Source of the DNA: Candidatus Sysuiplasma jiujiangense
GTDB lineage: Archaea; Thermoplasmatota; Thermoplasmata; Sysuiplasmatales; Sysuiplasmataceae
Reading direction: 5' to 3'
DNA: 36,149 nt
NCBI GenBank assembly: GCA_019721075.1
Contig: JAHEAD010000007.1
Coordinates: forward strand, 62,001-98,149
Every line of letters starts with the position of its first letter. Positions within the stretch are counted from its first letter, which is position 1. Under the pieces are notes generated by a model. The model saw only the letters and a list, made by a program, of their open reading frames with translations, did no database searches and was not told the origin of the DNA. Below, piece by piece: positions 1-10,944 of the stretch. The translations under genes and the position numbers were made by a program.

Positions 1-990
1 CAGGCGCACATAAAGAAAGGAAAGGCGAAATTGTTTTCAAGGCAGCTTGAAGACATAACGGAACAGTTTCCTGAAATAAGCCACGCTGTTGCGGAGGCGT
101 TCAGGGGAAGAGAGGGGATAGTCGAGGGTGAATGTGTTCCGGTGGACGTTAATACCGGGGAACTGCTTCCATTCCAGGTTGTTTCGAGAAGACGGGGAAG
201 GAAACATGGTGTCAAGGAAGCGGTGGAAGAATTCCCGGTGACGCTGTTCCTTTTTGACATACTGATGGCTGACGGAGAAGAGCTGCTGACCACTCCATAC
301 GTGGGGAGAAGAGACAGACTGAAGTCGCTTATTTCAGAAAGCGAACGGGTAAAACTTTCAACTGTCCAGATTGTGGACAATCTTAAGGATGCTGAAGACT
401 TCTTCAATCTCGCCCTCCAGTCAGGATGCGAAGGCGTAGTCGCGAAGTCGCTTGCCGAAAATGCAGTGTACCAGGCTGGAGCCAGGGGCTGGCTGTGGAT
501 CAAATACAAGAGGGACTACAAATCGGAGATGATAGATACCGTTGACCTTGTGATTGTCGGTGCTTTTGCAGGAAGAGGCAGAAGGAGTGGTACATACGGA
601 GCCCTCCTGATGGCCACATATGACAGCGGTAAGGATGTTTTTGAAACAGTGACGAAGCTCGGAACAGGTTTCGATGATGAAACGCTGTTCTCGCTGCCGA
701 AGTTGCTTAAGGATTATGAAGTGGCGTCAAGGGATCCTGGCGTAGAGAGCAGAATGCAGGCGGATTTCTGGTTCAGGCCCGGGATAGTTCTCGAAGTCCT
801 GGGCGCGGAGATAACACACAGCCCGGTACATACATGCTGCTGGAATGCGGTCAGACAGGACTCAGGTCTTGCGATCAGATTTCCGAGATTCACCGGAAAT
901 TTCAGGAAGGACAAGTCGCCGTTCGACGCAACCACCAGCAAGGAGATTCTCGAAATGTATAATATGCAGATGAAGAAGACCAGAGACTGA
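1..990 (+). CDS. lig: ATP-dependent DNA ligase, C-terminal part (5' end lies outside the window)
   Basis: Frame is open from base 1 (QAHIKKGKAKLFSR). Ligase motifs III (IVEGE), IIIa (FLFDIL), IV (EGVVAK), V (WIKYK), plus DLVIVGAF..GRR and VI (IRFPRF..FRKDK). Confidence 0.96.
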   Translation, partial: QAHIKKGKAKLFSRQLEDITEQFPEISHAVAEAFRGREGIVEGECVPVDVNTGELLPFQVVSRRRGRKHGVKEAVEEFPVTLFLFDILMADGEELLTTPYVGRRDRLKSLISESERVKLSTVQIVDNLKDAEDFFNLALQSGCEGVVAKSLAENAVYQAGARGWLWIKYKRDYKSEMIDTVDLVIVGAFAGRGRRSGTYGALLMATYDSGKDVFETVTKLGTGFDDETLFSLPKLLKDYEVASRDPGVESRMQADFWFRPGIVLEVLGAEITHSPVHTCCWNAVRQDSGLAIRFPRFTGNFRKDKSPFDATTSKEILEMYNMQMKKTRD

Positions 991-1112
991 ACCGCGGAAG
1001 TAATTTACATGGCGCCCACAGTAATCCGGATGTCCGTCGGGTGCTCCTCAGGAAACGTGAAATGGGCAGTCATGCAAAAACTTAACAACTTTCATGCCAT
1101 CGTGAGCCCGGA

Positions 1113-2015
1113 TTGGCCATGGAAAGGAGGATCTTCGGATATGCCGCTGTTATGACGGTGCTCCTGCTGATCGTTATCTTTGCGATTTTTCTGGTAACAT
1201 CGGTCTACAGGTTGATTCCTGTTAATTTTACAAGACTCGTGAACGCCATATTCGCCGTCATCATCATATTCTTCATTTTCAGGATCATAACGGGCTTTCT
1301 TTACCGCTATCTCAGGCGCTACCTTGACATCACAAAGGTTCATCCAATTATTTTCATAGTCAACATATTCGGATATTTTATCATCGGCGTGGCTCTTCTT
1401 GCCTCCCTCGGCATAGATGTATCATCACTGATACTCGGTGGCTCACTGATTTCGGTTGTCATCGGACTTGCCGCCCAGACAGTGCTCGCGAATCAGTTCG
1501 CGGGGCTGTTAATAGCCATAGTTCGACCATTCAAGATAGGAGACTCAATTACAATCAACACATGGCAGTACGGCGGGGCGTATCCGGTCCTCTTTCCGAA
1601 ATATTTTTCGGTCGACAGGCTTGAGATAACCGGGTACAGCGGGACTGTAATGAACCTTACAATAAACTACACTACAATAAGCATGGCCAATGGAGATCAG
1701 GTGAAGATACCCAACAATCTGGTCTTCCAGGCAGCGGTCATCATAAGAACAGGCAGTATATCGGTGAAGGCGAGGTACGAGGTACCGAAGTACATACCGT
1801 TTGACATTTTAAGACAGAAAGTAGCTGAAGAAATAGTGAAGCTACCGGACTACAGGGGGGAGGCGGCTGTCACCGTTGACGAAACGACACTGAACACCTA
1901 CATACTTATGGTCGTCGCAAAGTTCAACGGAACAGACGCCGATTTGATGCGCAGCAATATCCATAATCTGCTCATGGGGATAGTTGAACCGCAGAAGTTC
2001 AAATCCATGACATGA
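1113..2015 (+). CDS. Small-conductance mechanosensitive channel (MscS family)
   Basis: N-terminal TM helices and the MscS signature GLAAQTVLANQFAGL..RPFKIGD, followed by G.V..I..NYTTI and IPNN. Confidence 0.9.
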   Translation: MAMERRIFGYAAVMTVLLLIVIFAIFLVTSVYRLIPVNFTRLVNAIFAVIIIFFIFRIITGFLYRYLRRYLDITKVHPIIFIVNIFGYFIIGVALLASLGIDVSSLILGGSLISVVIGLAAQTVLANQFAGLLIAIVRPFKIGDSITINTWQYGGAYPVLFPKYFSVDRLEITGYSGTVMNLTINYTTISMANGDQVKIPNNLVFQAAVIIRTGSISVKARYEVPKYIPFDILRQKVAEEIVKLPDYRGEAAVTVDETTLNTYILMVVAKFNGTDADLMRSNIHNLLMGIVEPQKFKSMT

Positions 2016-2054
2016 CGGCCTCCGGCTGTTCCGGCTCGTGCTCCGTGTCCTTTA

Positions 2055-2264
2055 TCATTCTATTACCGATATTTTGCACTGCCCGGACGGTATCAGTGTG
2101 TATTTTCCCGTGCCATCAGCATCCTGCCTGTTCTCAATTATGTATACGCTCTGATCGATGCCGCGAAGGACACCCTCGAAAGTTATTCCGGGCGTCAGAT
2201 TCTCCTGCGCCTGGCCGAGAATCCAGACCCTCACGCTCTTTCCCACAAAGTCGTTGAGATTCAT
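2055..2264 (-). CDS. Small Sm/LSm-like fold protein (69 aa), putative
   Basis: Sm1-like pattern LNDFVGKSVRV...FEGVLRGID. It fills the gap downstream of sucD on the same strand. Confidence 0.55.
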   Translation of the reverse strand: MNLNDFVGKSVRVWILGQAQENLTPGITFEGVLRGIDQSVYIIENRQDADGTGKYTLIPSGQCKISVIE

Positions 2265-2354
2265 AGTCTTGAAACCGAGACAGCGGATTTAACTTTTGCC
2301 TGAATAAGCGGATCGGACCAGCTTTCAGCGCAAACAGCTCCCTCCGCCGATCCT

Positions 2355-3221
2355 TCATTTGCTGTGGCGCATGATTTCAGGTATTTCTGTTGGAAGTCTT
2401 GCCACTGTGACTCCGGCCTTTTCAAGGGCATTTATCTTGCTTTCAGCTGTCCCCCTTCCCCTGCTTATAATTGCTCCCGCGTGTCCCATCCTCTTGCCGG
2501 GCGGCGCGCTTTTCCCTGCTATGTACGCATAGACCGGCTTGCCAACATTTTCCCTGATGAATTCGGCCGCTTCCTCCTCCGCTGTGCCCCCAATTTCGCC
2601 AACCATGACAATGCGCCTTGTTTCCCTGTCGCTTTCAAACCTGGAGAGAATGTCCACAAAATTGGAACCTATGACCGGGTCTCCTCCGATGCCGACGCAT
2701 GTCGTTTCACCAAAACCTTTCTCTGTCAGTGCGTTAACGATTTCATACGTCAGCGTTCCACTCCTGGATATAACGCCAACATCGCCTCTGGCGAAAATCT
2801 TTGACGGCATGATGCCTATCTTTCCGTAGCCCGGTGATGTGACGCCCGGGCAGTTTGGTCCAATCACAACTGCTCCCTTCAGCTTTGCATAGGAGGTGAA
2901 CTGCAGCGCATCCAGAAAGGGGATATGCTCGGTAATCACGGTCACGAGGGCTATACCCGCATTGATTGCTTCGAACACGGCATCCTTTGCAAACCTGGCC
3001 GGCACAAATATGCAGCTCGCATTTGCGCCTGTTTCTGAAACAGCTTCCATTACAGTGTCAAAAACAGGCATGCCATCAACATCGCTGCCTCCCTTTCCGG
3101 GCGTTACGCCCCCAACCACCTCTGTGCCGAATTCCTTCATCGACTTTGCGTGAAAGCTCCCCTGATGGCCGGTAATCCCCTGGACTATCACCCTTGTTTC
3201 ACCATTCACGAGTATCGCCAT
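2355..3221 (-). CDS. sucD: Succinyl-CoA synthetase alpha subunit
   Basis: [29 protein letters not shown], and the phospho-His motif RMGHAGAII. Confidence 0.97.
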   Translation of the reverse strand: MAILVNGETRVIVQGITGHQGSFHAKSMKEFGTEVVGGVTPGKGGSDVDGMPVFDTVMEAVSETGANASCIFVPARFAKDAVFEAINAGIALVTVITEHIPFLDALQFTSYAKLKGAVVIGPNCPGVTSPGYGKIGIMPSKIFARGDVGVISRSGTLTYEIVNALTEKGFGETTCVGIGGDPVIGSNFVDILSRFESDRETRRIVMVGEIGGTAEEEAAEFIRENVGKPVYAYIAGKSAPPGKRMGHAGAIISRGRGTAESKINALEKAGVTVARLPTEIPEIMRHSK

Positions 3222-3222
3222 T

Positions 3223-4323
3223 TCAGTTCCCCTCCTCGCTTACCGCTTTTTTTGCTGCCTCAATGAGATCTGTCGTTGCCGCAATGCCTATGTCCGAAAG
3301 GATTTTCCTGGCGATATCGTCATTCACGCCCCTTATCCTGGCCACTATGGGTATCCGGATCCTGCTCTGTTCCACTGCGGATTTCACTCCGAGTGCCACA
3401 GTATCGCATTTGGTTATGCCTCCGAATATGTTGATGAAAATGACACGCGGTTTCGCATCATTCATGAGGTTGAATGCGGCTGTTACTTTTCGTGGATCGT
3501 CGGTTCCACCCAGATCCAGGAATATTCCTGCCCTGCCGCCGTTTATTGTCAGTATATCCAGCGTGGCCATCGTCAGGCCCGCACCGTTTGCAATGACGCC
3601 TATGTCTCCATCCAGCTGTACAAATGCGATACTCTCACGCTTCGCCCTCTGTTCCAGAGGGGTAAGGTCATCTATGTCTTCAGAAAATTCAGGATGCCTG
3701 AAAAGCGCATCATCGTTTATCGTAACCTTTCCGTCGGCAGCGATCATTTTCCCTTCGCCCGTTATGACCAGCGGATTTATCTCCGCAAGTTCGCAATCCT
3801 CTGCAACAAACATTGCGTACAGTTTCTGTATGATTTCGTCCAGTTGCGACAGCATGCTCCCGTCCACTTTCATTTTACCGCCCAAAACCCTTGTTATGAA
3901 AGATGAATATCCGTATGGAGGAACCGAAACCATTGCTATCTTGCCCTCCTCCACACTTTCAATTTCAACACCTCCCTCAGCGCTTCCCATAAAAAGCAAT
4001 GACCTGCTGCTCCTGTCCAGTATAAGACTCAGATAGAGCTCCTTTGAGACATTGAGTCTTTCCTCCAGCAGAACTGCCTTGACCTTTTCACCCTTGATCT
4101 GCATTTTCAATATTTCGTCTGTCCTATCCTTGGCGTCATCGACTGTTTCTGCAAATTTTATTCCACCTGCTTTGCCCCTCCCGCCAACAAGCACCTGTGC
4201 CTTGACCGCGACCGGATATTCTACGGATGTGATATCGTCACGCGATCTCACGACATGGCCCCTGGGCACGGGAATACCGTACTTTTCCATCATCTGCTTG
4301 GCTCTATATTCGAACAGTTTCAA
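3223..4323 (-). CDS. sucC: Succinyl-CoA synthetase beta subunit
   Basis: [42 protein letters not shown]. Start placed at TTG 4323 behind the SD-like AGGTGA (the ORF track starts at 4365). Confidence 0.96.
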   Translation of the reverse strand: MKLFEYRAKQMMEKYGIPVPRGHVVRSRDDITSVEYPVAVKAQVLVGGRGKAGGIKFAETVDDAKDRTDEILKMQIKGEKVKAVLLEERLNVSKELYLSLILDRSSRSLLFMGSAEGGVEIESVEEGKIAMVSVPPYGYSSFITRVLGGKMKVDGSMLSQLDEIIQKLYAMFVAEDCELAEINPLVITGEGKMIAADGKVTINDDALFRHPEFSEDIDDLTPLEQRAKRESIAFVQLDGDIGVIANGAGLTMATLDILTINGGRAGIFLDLGGTDDPRKVTAAFNLMNDAKPRVIFINIFGGITKCDTVALGVKSAVEQSRIRIPIVARIRGVNDDIARKILSDIGIAATTDLIEAAKKAVSEEGN

Positions 4324-4575
4324 TGAAATCACCTGTTTTTCTCTTGCGACCTGAAGCTTAAGCAAACCGTCCTAAACTTTCACTTTCTATTTTGTATCGG
4401 CTTTGCGAAGGGGACTATCCGTCTAAGTTTATTACACTTTACGTTTCTGGTGAATTGGAGCTGCACACATCAACCTGGAAATCTGCTTTCGCAGCGCGTA
4501 TGTTCAAATCAATAATGCAAAACTAAATAAGCAGGCGTTATAACACTTACAGCAACCTCAGGTTGGTGGTTTCAA

Positions 4576-5241
4576 TTGAAGCAGATTGACTGTTCAGGCT
4601 ACTGTGAATTTGAAGACGATCAACCCGTGAAGTGCAATATTCCATCCGATACACTCAGGGAAATTGTTGACACGCTTCATGGGGGCAACCTGATTGTTTA
4701 TCCAAGCGACACCATCTACTGCATCGGTGCAGACATATATGACGAGCAATCGGTGAAAAAGGTATTTATGGCAAAGAAGAGGCCGTTTGACATGCCGATA
4801 TCCGTCTGTGTTCCGAACTTCAAATCGGCGCTGGAGGTTGGTTATATCGACAGGACGGCAAGGATGATCATGGAGAAGTTCATGCCGGGCCCACTAATAA
4901 TCCTGGTGGACAAAAAAGAAGATGTACCCGATCTCCTCACCGCCGGCACCAATACAGTCGGAATAAGGATTCCTGCGCATCCTCTGGCCCTGAACATAAT
5001 GGAGGAATTCGGCCCGATTACTTCAGCAAGCGCAAATTTGCATTCAAAGAGGAGCCCTGTCACAATCGACATCTGCAAGAAGGATCTTTCTTCCAAAATC
5101 AGCATTTATCTTGATTGCGGCAGAACCAAGTACGGTGTTCAGTCCACGATAGTCGACGCAACGGGGGATACCCTTAAGGTAGTGAGAGAGGGCCCAATCA
5201 GGCGGTCAAAGATAGAGGAGTTCCTCACAACCATAACCTGA
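4576..5241 (+). CDS. L-threonylcarbamoyladenylate synthase (TsaC/YrdC/Sua5 family, short form)
   Basis: YPSDTIY, K.RP...P, PGPL, GIRIP, SANL and STIVD motifs. At 221 aa it lacks the Sua5 C-terminal domain. Confidence 0.92.
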   Translation: MKQIDCSGYCEFEDDQPVKCNIPSDTLREIVDTLHGGNLIVYPSDTIYCIGADIYDEQSVKKVFMAKKRPFDMPISVCVPNFKSALEVGYIDRTARMIMEKFMPGPLIILVDKKEDVPDLLTAGTNTVGIRIPAHPLALNIMEEFGPITSASANLHSKRSPVTIDICKKDLSSKISIYLDCGRTKYGVQSTIVDATGDTLKVVREGPIRRSKIEEFLTTIT

Positions 5242-5243
5242 AG

Positions 5244-6137
5244 GTGTTGCAGACGAACAGCGATCAGAGGGATAAGCTGCTGCAGGCCGGACGGATTGCC
5301 AGGGAAGCAAGGGAAAAAGGCATAATGCTCTCTGAGCCTGGCAGGAGAATTATAGATGTTGTAGAAGAGGTTGAAGAGCTCATAAGGAATAGAGGGGGTA
5401 TGCCGGCCTTTCCCGTCAATATAGGGATAGACGGCGTGGCCGCCCATTATACTCCCCCTTCAGGGGACACCCACCGTTTTCCTGAAAACGGCGTGCTGAA
5501 ATTTGATGTTGGAGTCCATATTGACGGCTACATTGCAGACACTGCTGCGACAAAGGACCTTGGCGGTTTGAACACTGCACTTGTTAATTCGTCCCTTGTT
5601 GCCCTCAATGAAGCGCTCGGTGTGATCAAACCAGGTGTTTCACTCCGGTTTGTAGGCAGCGTAATCGAAAAGGCTATCACGTCGAGCGGATACAGGCCAA
5701 TCACAAACCTGATGGGTCACAGCATTGAAAGGTACAACCTGCACGCGGGCTTCAGCGTGCCAAATGTGCCGGATATCACGGACATGCCCATTCCTGATGA
5801 AATCGTGATTGCTGTAGAGCCCTTCGCAACAAGCGGCAGGGGTCTGGTGGTCTCTGGAAAGATGGGAAACATCTTTTCGATGTCAAAGGACAAGGATATC
5901 GATGACGAAGAACTCGGATCGTTCAGGGACGAGATAGTAAAGGCGTACAACGGCCTTCCCTTCGCCGAGAGATGGCTTGCTGATTTCAAGAACCATAAAC
6001 AGCTGCTCAGCAGACTGCTGCGCCTCGGAGTCATTCACGGCTATCAGACATTAATCGAGGCAGGCGGGGGTCCTGTGAGCCAGTGGGAGCATACGCTTAT
6101 AGTCAGCAGGGATGAAGTTATAGCCACGAGCAAGTGA
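5244..6137 (+). CDS. map: Methionine aminopeptidase type II
   Basis: AFPVN, AAHYTP, DVGVHIDGYIADTA, NLMGH, IAVEPFAT and QWEHT motifs. Confidence 0.95.
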   Translation: MLQTNSDQRDKLLQAGRIAREAREKGIMLSEPGRRIIDVVEEVEELIRNRGGMPAFPVNIGIDGVAAHYTPPSGDTHRFPENGVLKFDVGVHIDGYIADTAATKDLGGLNTALVNSSLVALNEALGVIKPGVSLRFVGSVIEKAITSSGYRPITNLMGHSIERYNLHAGFSVPNVPDITDMPIPDEIVIAVEPFATSGRGLVVSGKMGNIFSMSKDKDIDDEELGSFRDEIVKAYNGLPFAERWLADFKNHKQLLSRLLRLGVIHGYQTLIEAGGGPVSQWEHTLIVSRDEVIATSK

Positions 6138-6140
6138 CAG

Positions 6141-6341
6141 ATGCAGACTGCACGAATAAACAGAAAGGCCGCTTTGATTGTAACGATCTACGCTGCCTTT
6201 GTCATCTTTGTAAATATTTTCCTGTCCGAATACGGCTACACTCCGCTGATTTTCTATTCATCGCTCTTCTGGATAGTCATTCCTCTCCTCGTCTATTCTG
6301 TAATAAAAAACCGCATCACCCGCAGGAAAGAAGGCCGATAA
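6141..6341 (+). CDS. Small two-TM membrane protein, hypothetical
   Basis: 66 aa with two hydrophobic segments and a basic tail. It starts 4 nt after the map stop and ends at the tRNA 3' end. Confidence 0.55.
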   Translation: MQTARINRKAALIVTIYAAFVIFVNIFLSEYGYTPLIFYSSLFWIVIPLLVYSVIKNRITRRKEGR

Positions 6342-6342
6342 A

Positions 6343-6415
6343 TAGCCCCGGGCAGATTCGAACTGCCGTCGCTGGCTCCAAAGGCCGGCATGATTGTCCA
6401 CTACACCACGGGGCT
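6343..6415 (-). tRNA. tRNA-Gln (UUG)
   Basis: Reverse complement AGCCCCGTGGTGTAGTGG...CCGGC-CTTTGGA-GCCAG...GGCAG-TTCGAAT-CTGCC-CGGGGCT-A folds as a cloverleaf. One C-A mismatch in the anticodon stem. No encoded CCA. Confidence 0.93.
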
Positions 6416-6523
6416 GTTCCGGTGTTGGATGTATTAGATCCTTAAGTCCTTTTCATATGGCGTCTTCATATGTGAAAATTGAGCCATGCGGCGATGATAC
6501 AAACGCTGGTTTCGCAATCATGA

Positions 6524-7828
6524 TCAACCTGCTGTTCCTGCTTCCTCCGGTATTGTGGCAGGTTTTGAGTCGGCGGAACCTACAAGATGTATCGGCGTCG
6601 ACCCTGTAATAAGGCAATTAACCGTCTTTCCTGGCGAATGCGTGCCGCTAACAATTATCTGCTTGTAGTTTTCGAGTCTGCCGATAGAATAGCCGTTCTT
6701 CCCTTCCTCTGTTATAAGTGCTTCGGCATTCCTTCCCTCATATTCACTGTTCCTCCTTCCGGAGATTGCGAATCTGAGGTCCGTGGCTCTTCTGGATCTC
6801 TCCTTTGCTATCCATCCGGGAATCTGTCCCTGCATTGAAGCAGCCGGTGTTCCTTCTCTTGCAGAAAAACGTGTAACGTTCACTATGTCCGGAGCTACAG
6901 TTTTCATAAGTTGAAGGCTCTGCTCGAAATCCTCCTCTGTTTCCGTAGGAAATCCCACTATGATGTCAGTGGAGATTGTTGCCTCAGGGTATCTCTTTCT
7001 GATGTTCTCCGTTATTTCAATGAATTCCCTGGCGGTATTACCTCTCTTCATGAGTTTCAGAATTCTGTCTGAGCCGCTCTGGAACGGAATGTGAAAAAAT
7101 TTGTATATCCGCCTGTCTTCGTAAACATCCAGAAGCTCTTCTAGAAGCGGGGAGAGCAATGAAGGATTCATCATTCCAACCCTGAGTCTGAAATCACCTT
7201 CAATGCTGAGTATGCGCGCAATGAGATCGGGCAATGTCGTCTTCAGGTCTCTGCCGTATGTTATGGCGTCCATGCCCGATAAGAGAAACTCCCGGATCCT
7301 CCCGGGCTTTAAGTTTTTCCTGATCGCATTCAGTATTTCTGCCGGATTCAGGCTCCGGAGCTTTGGTCTTGCCAGTCGGCTGAAGCAGTATGTGCATCTG
7401 GACAGGCAGCCCTGTGCCACAGGTATTATTATGTCGTTTCTGTCAAAAGAATTCCAGCAATCCTGATCCCTGCTGAAATTGAGTCCGAGAAGAGCTCCGA
7501 GCATTTCGTAGTTTCCCGGGCTGCATATCATTGCGCCGGGAGCTGCCTGCAGTATTGCTTCACGTTTTGTGGGGGCCATACATCCGGTGACCACCATCCG
7601 CTTTCCCATGCTGTCTATTTCCCTGAGTCTGCTGATCATCTTCCTTTCTGTGAAATCGATTACCGCACAGGTGTTAAGAACAACTATGTCAGAGTCCTCC
7701 GCCCTTTCAGCTATCTGGTAGCCGCCGGCGGCGATCAGAGCCGAGGCAATTCTGCCTTCGCCATAATTCATCGTGCAGCCATGCGATTCTATGTAAGCCT
7801 TCACGTTTTGCCCGATTGCCACCGGCAT
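6524..7828 (-). CDS. mtaB: tRNA methylthiotransferase, archaeal MtaB type (t6A37 to ms2t6A)
   Basis: UPF0004 domain (GCTMN, NTCAV, VTGC), radical SAM motif CLSRCTYC, RLRVGMMNP, TDIIVGFPTETEEDF, and a C-terminal TRAM domain. Confidence 0.88.
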   Translation of the reverse strand: MPVAIGQNVKAYIESHGCTMNYGEGRIASALIAAGGYQIAERAEDSDIVVLNTCAVIDFTERKMISRLREIDSMGKRMVVTGCMAPTKREAILQAAPGAMICSPGNYEMLGALLGLNFSRDQDCWNSFDRNDIIIPVAQGCLSRCTYCFSRLARPKLRSLNPAEILNAIRKNLKPGRIREFLLSGMDAITYGRDLKTTLPDLIARILSIEGDFRLRVGMMNPSLLSPLLEELLDVYEDRRIYKFFHIPFQSGSDRILKLMKRGNTAREFIEITENIRKRYPEATISTDIIVGFPTETEEDFEQSLQLMKTVAPDIVNVTRFSAREGTPAASMQGQIPGWIAKERSRRATDLRFAISGRRNSEYEGRNAEALITEEGKNGYSIGRLENYKQIIVSGTHSPGKTVNCLITGSTPIHLVGSADSKPATIPEEAGTAG

Positions 7829-7864
7829 TATATTGTTTTATGCAATCGCGTGGAGTTTTTTGAG

Positions 7865-7961
7865 CGCGAGGAGGGGGATTTGAACCCCCGAGTCCTTACG
7901 GACAATGGATGTTTGCCGCTCATTAGCAATCCATCGCCTTACCGGGCTGGGCCATCCTCGC
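7865..7961 (-). tRNA. tRNA-Ser (GCU) with a 13-nt intron at 37/38 (7911-7923)
   Basis: Acceptor stem GCGAGGA/TCCTCGC. Anticodon arm ATGGA-TTGCTA[ATGAGCGGCAAAC]A-TCCAT. Long variable arm and GGGGG-TTCAAAT-CCCCC T arm. The TTGC/GCAA central helix fits a relaxed BHB. Confidence 0.92.
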
Positions 7962-8005
7962 CCCTCGGTGCATCAGTGAAATCTCATAAAACACTTTTCT
8001 ATGCA

Positions 8006-8926
8006 TTATTTGGCAGAAAGTATCTCAGCTCCCTTTCCCGGCCTGGTGATAATCGACTGTGATTTCAATCCGGCACTCTTGAATGCACGTTCCATTGCAT
8101 CTGCAATGCTCTTTGAACCGTTTTTGCATATTGCAAACACTGCAGGGCCGGCGCCGCTCACCGAGAAACCCAGCGCACCTGCGTTGATTGCGGCCTTGTT
8201 CACCTTTTCATACCAGGGCATCAGCTGCTTTCTGTAGGGAAGGACAACAGCATCTTCAAGATATTTTCCAACCCTTTCTATGTTCTTCTCCAGCATCGCA
8301 TGGACAATGGTGGAACATTTCGATATGTTCTCCACTGCGTCAGTTAGCGGAACGCTCTTCGGAAGTACGCTTCTGGATTTCCTTGTTTCCAGGATTACAT
8401 CAGGCAGGACAACAACTATATCGAACTCAGGCAGTTTTTCAACCGGAATCGAAACAACATCCACCGGGCTCCTGTTCGAAACTATGGTGAAGCCTCCCAG
8501 AAGTGCTGCCGTAACATTGTCAATATGAGCGGAGCCTGATGCCATCTTTTCTCCAAGGGAGGAGGCCTGTATCAGATCCTCGTTCTTTGCATCGTAGTCC
8601 ATTGCGACCGCCATGGCGAGAGCCGCTCCGACGGACGATGCGGCGCTGCTGCCTATGCCGCTGCCCGGTCTGACGCCTTTGGTTATCTTCATCTTGAACG
8701 GTGCGTTTACCCGGTTTTTCCATGCGATGGCGCTTGCAGCCGCAAAGGCAGCATTCTTCTTTGTAGGAATTGAATAATCGGGGACAGTTTCAATTTCCGT
8801 CTCGTAAACATCCATTGTCAGTTCAATAATATCCCTGGGTCCTTCGAGTGCAAGGCCGAATGTGTCGAATCCCGGCCCAAAATTAGCGATTGTTGAAGGT
8901 GCGGCCACCTTTACTGCGGACTTCAA
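8006..8926 (-). CDS. thrB: Homoserine kinase
   Basis: APSTIANFGPGFD, GHMP motif PGSGIGSSAAS, H.DNV and SGAGP. TTG start with SD-like AGGTGA. Confidence 0.95.
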   Translation of the reverse strand: MKSAVKVAAPSTIANFGPGFDTFGLALEGPRDIIELTMDVYETEIETVPDYSIPTKKNAAFAAASAIAWKNRVNAPFKMKITKGVRPGSGIGSSAASSVGAALAMAVAMDYDAKNEDLIQASSLGEKMASGSAHIDNVTAALLGGFTIVSNRSPVDVVSIPVEKLPEFDIVVVLPDVILETRKSRSVLPKSVPLTDAVENISKCSTIVHAMLEKNIERVGKYLEDAVVLPYRKQLMPWYEKVNKAAINAGALGFSVSGAGPAVFAICKNGSKSIADAMERAFKSAGLKSQSIITRPGKGAEILSAK

Positions 8927-9007
8927 ATAAAATCACCTGTATGGCGGAGAAGGGTCATCGCACTGCGCAGTAATCAACCTTGGCATCCAAATTCTCTTGC
9001 TCTTTGT

Positions 9008-9331
9008 TCAGCTTCTGAGAACAATTTCTATATTGACCCCGTCGGGTACCTGAATCCTCATAAGCTGTCTTAGCGCCCTGTCATCCTCGGCATCCATATC
9101 GATCATTCTCTTATGGATTCGCATTTCCCAGCGATCCCAGGTGGCACTTCCTTCGCCGTCCGGACTCTTTCTTACGGGTACAACCATTCTCTTAGTCGGG
9201 AGGGGCACCGGCCCCTTCATGGTCACTCCAGTCTTTGTCGCAATCTGCTTAATCTGGGTGCAGACCGAGTCTATTTTTGCGGGATCTGTCCCGCTCAGGG
9301 AAATTCTAGCTCTCTGCGCCATATTCAACAC
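9008..9331 (-). CDS. rps10: 30S ribosomal protein uS10
   Basis: [30 protein letters not shown]. The start may be ATG 9322. Confidence 0.97.
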   Translation of the reverse strand: MLNMAQRARISLSGTDPAKIDSVCTQIKQIATKTGVTMKGPVPLPTKRMVVPVRKSPDGEGSATWDRWEMRIHKRMIDMDAEDDRALRQLMRIQVPDGVNIEIVLRS

Positions 9332-9334
9332 GCC

Positions 9335-10612
9335 TCACGTAGTTCTCTTCTCTACTTCAGTGCAGACGCCGGCAGCAACCGTCTGTCCCATATCTCTGAT
9401 TGCAAATCTTCCCAGCTGGGGGAAGTCCGAAGCCTTTTCAATAACCATCGGTTTTGTAGGCTCAATCTTCACGAATGCGACGTCTCCTGTTTTCAGGAAT
9501 TGAGGTTTTTCCTCCTTAACACCGCCAGTAGCAGGATCAATCTTCTTCTGAAGTTCTGTAAATGTGCATGCGACTTGAGAAGTATGGCAGTGGAACACAG
9601 GCGTGTAGCCCACGGTTATCAGGCTCGGATGATTCAGAATTGCAATCTGCCCGACGAATGACTTGGCAACGGTCGGCACCGACTCCATCGGACCGGCAAC
9701 ATCTCCTCTTTTAATGTCTGTCTTCGCTATTCCGCGCACGTTGAAGCCGACGTTGTCGCCAGGGTAGGCGGCTTCCATCTGTTCATGGTGCATTTCTATT
9801 GACTTTACCTCACCGGTCTTGTTTGATGGCATGAAAATGATTCTCATGTCCTTCTTCAATATTCCTGTCTCAACTCTGCCGACTGGGACCGTTCCTATTC
9901 CTGTAATCGTATAAACATCCTGAACCGGAAGCCTCAAGGGTTTGTCAGTAACCTTTGGCGGTTCCTTGAGCTTGTCGAGTGAGGACAGAAGCGTGTCACC
10001 CTTCCACCAGGAAAGATTTCCGGACGGTTCAGTTGTGTTGTCACCAACATATGCACTTACAGGTATGAATGGAATCTCATCTACCTTGTATCTGACTGAC
10101 TTCAAAAGATCGGTTACAGCCTTCTTGGTCTTTTCAAAAGCTTCCTGCGAATAGGGCGGCTGTGTAGAGTCCATTTTGTTCACGGCGACAATCAGCTGTG
10201 TAACTCCAAGGGTTCTTGCCAGAAAAACATGCTCTTTTGTCTGAGCCTCGGGACCCTTCCCAGCATCCACAACCAGGACAGCAGCGTCAGCCTGGCTCGT
10301 CCCGGTGATCATATTCTTGACAAAATCACGGTGACCAGGGGCGTCTATGATCGTGAAATAGTATTTCGGTGTATCAAACCGTCTGTGGGAAACATCGATT
10401 GTCACTCCTCTTTCCCTTTCCTCCTTCAGGTTATCCATGACCCATGCGAATTCGAACGTTGCCTTGCCCTTCTCTTCGGCTTCCTTCTTGTATTTTTCTA
10501 TTAGGTACTGATCAACGTTTTTTGTATTGAAAAGCATCCTTCCGACTAGCGTTGACTTACCATGGTCCACGTGACCGATAAAGACTATGTTAAGATGGGG
10601 TTTGTTAGCCAT
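9335..10612 (-). CDS. tuf: Translation elongation factor EF-1 alpha
   Basis: [30 protein letters not shown] and [10 protein letters not shown]. Confidence 0.98.
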   Translation of the reverse strand: MANKPHLNIVFIGHVDHGKSTLVGRMLFNTKNVDQYLIEKYKKEAEEKGKATFEFAWVMDNLKEERERGVTIDVSHRRFDTPKYYFTIIDAPGHRDFVKNMITGTSQADAAVLVVDAGKGPEAQTKEHVFLARTLGVTQLIVAVNKMDSTQPPYSQEAFEKTKKAVTDLLKSVRYKVDEIPFIPVSAYVGDNTTEPSGNLSWWKGDTLLSSLDKLKEPPKVTDKPLRLPVQDVYTITGIGTVPVGRVETGILKKDMRIIFMPSNKTGEVKSIEMHHEQMEAAYPGDNVGFNVRGIAKTDIKRGDVAGPMESVPTVAKSFVGQIAILNHPSLITVGYTPVFHCHTSQVACTFTELQKKIDPATGGVKEEKPQFLKTGDVAFVKIEPTKPMVIEKASDFPQLGRFAIRDMGQTVAAGVCTEVEKRTT

Positions 10613-10944
10613 AAATTACACTCTCTTGTAACGCGGTTTTTACGCGATTTGCTTATCAATCACAGTCTTGTATTTAATGTTTTCATGAGTCTGTCAGCCT
10701 TTCAGTTACAGCCTGACCTGAATAATCCCGTTCCATATCCCGGGAATGCTTTCCGGCTCCGCGTATTTAACACTCGTGCAAAAAAATATGAACAGAAGCA
10801 CTGGTTTTTTCCGCTTTGACCGTGTTTGTTGAGGTGTCAGCATTGCAGCCATCGTCCCAGAAACGTTGTGCAGATCATTGATTGAATGTCTGATTGGTTA
10901 AATCAATAAAGTGTGTGTCCTTTACAAAGACGGATTTGCAATTG

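Noticed and set aside
3194..4036. 280-aa plus-strand ORF, and similar long shadow ORFs (2364-2804, 9113-9661, 12807-13286, 21149-21856, 29470-30297, 30899-31429)
   Set aside because: They are antisense to well-supported conserved genes and carry no motifs.
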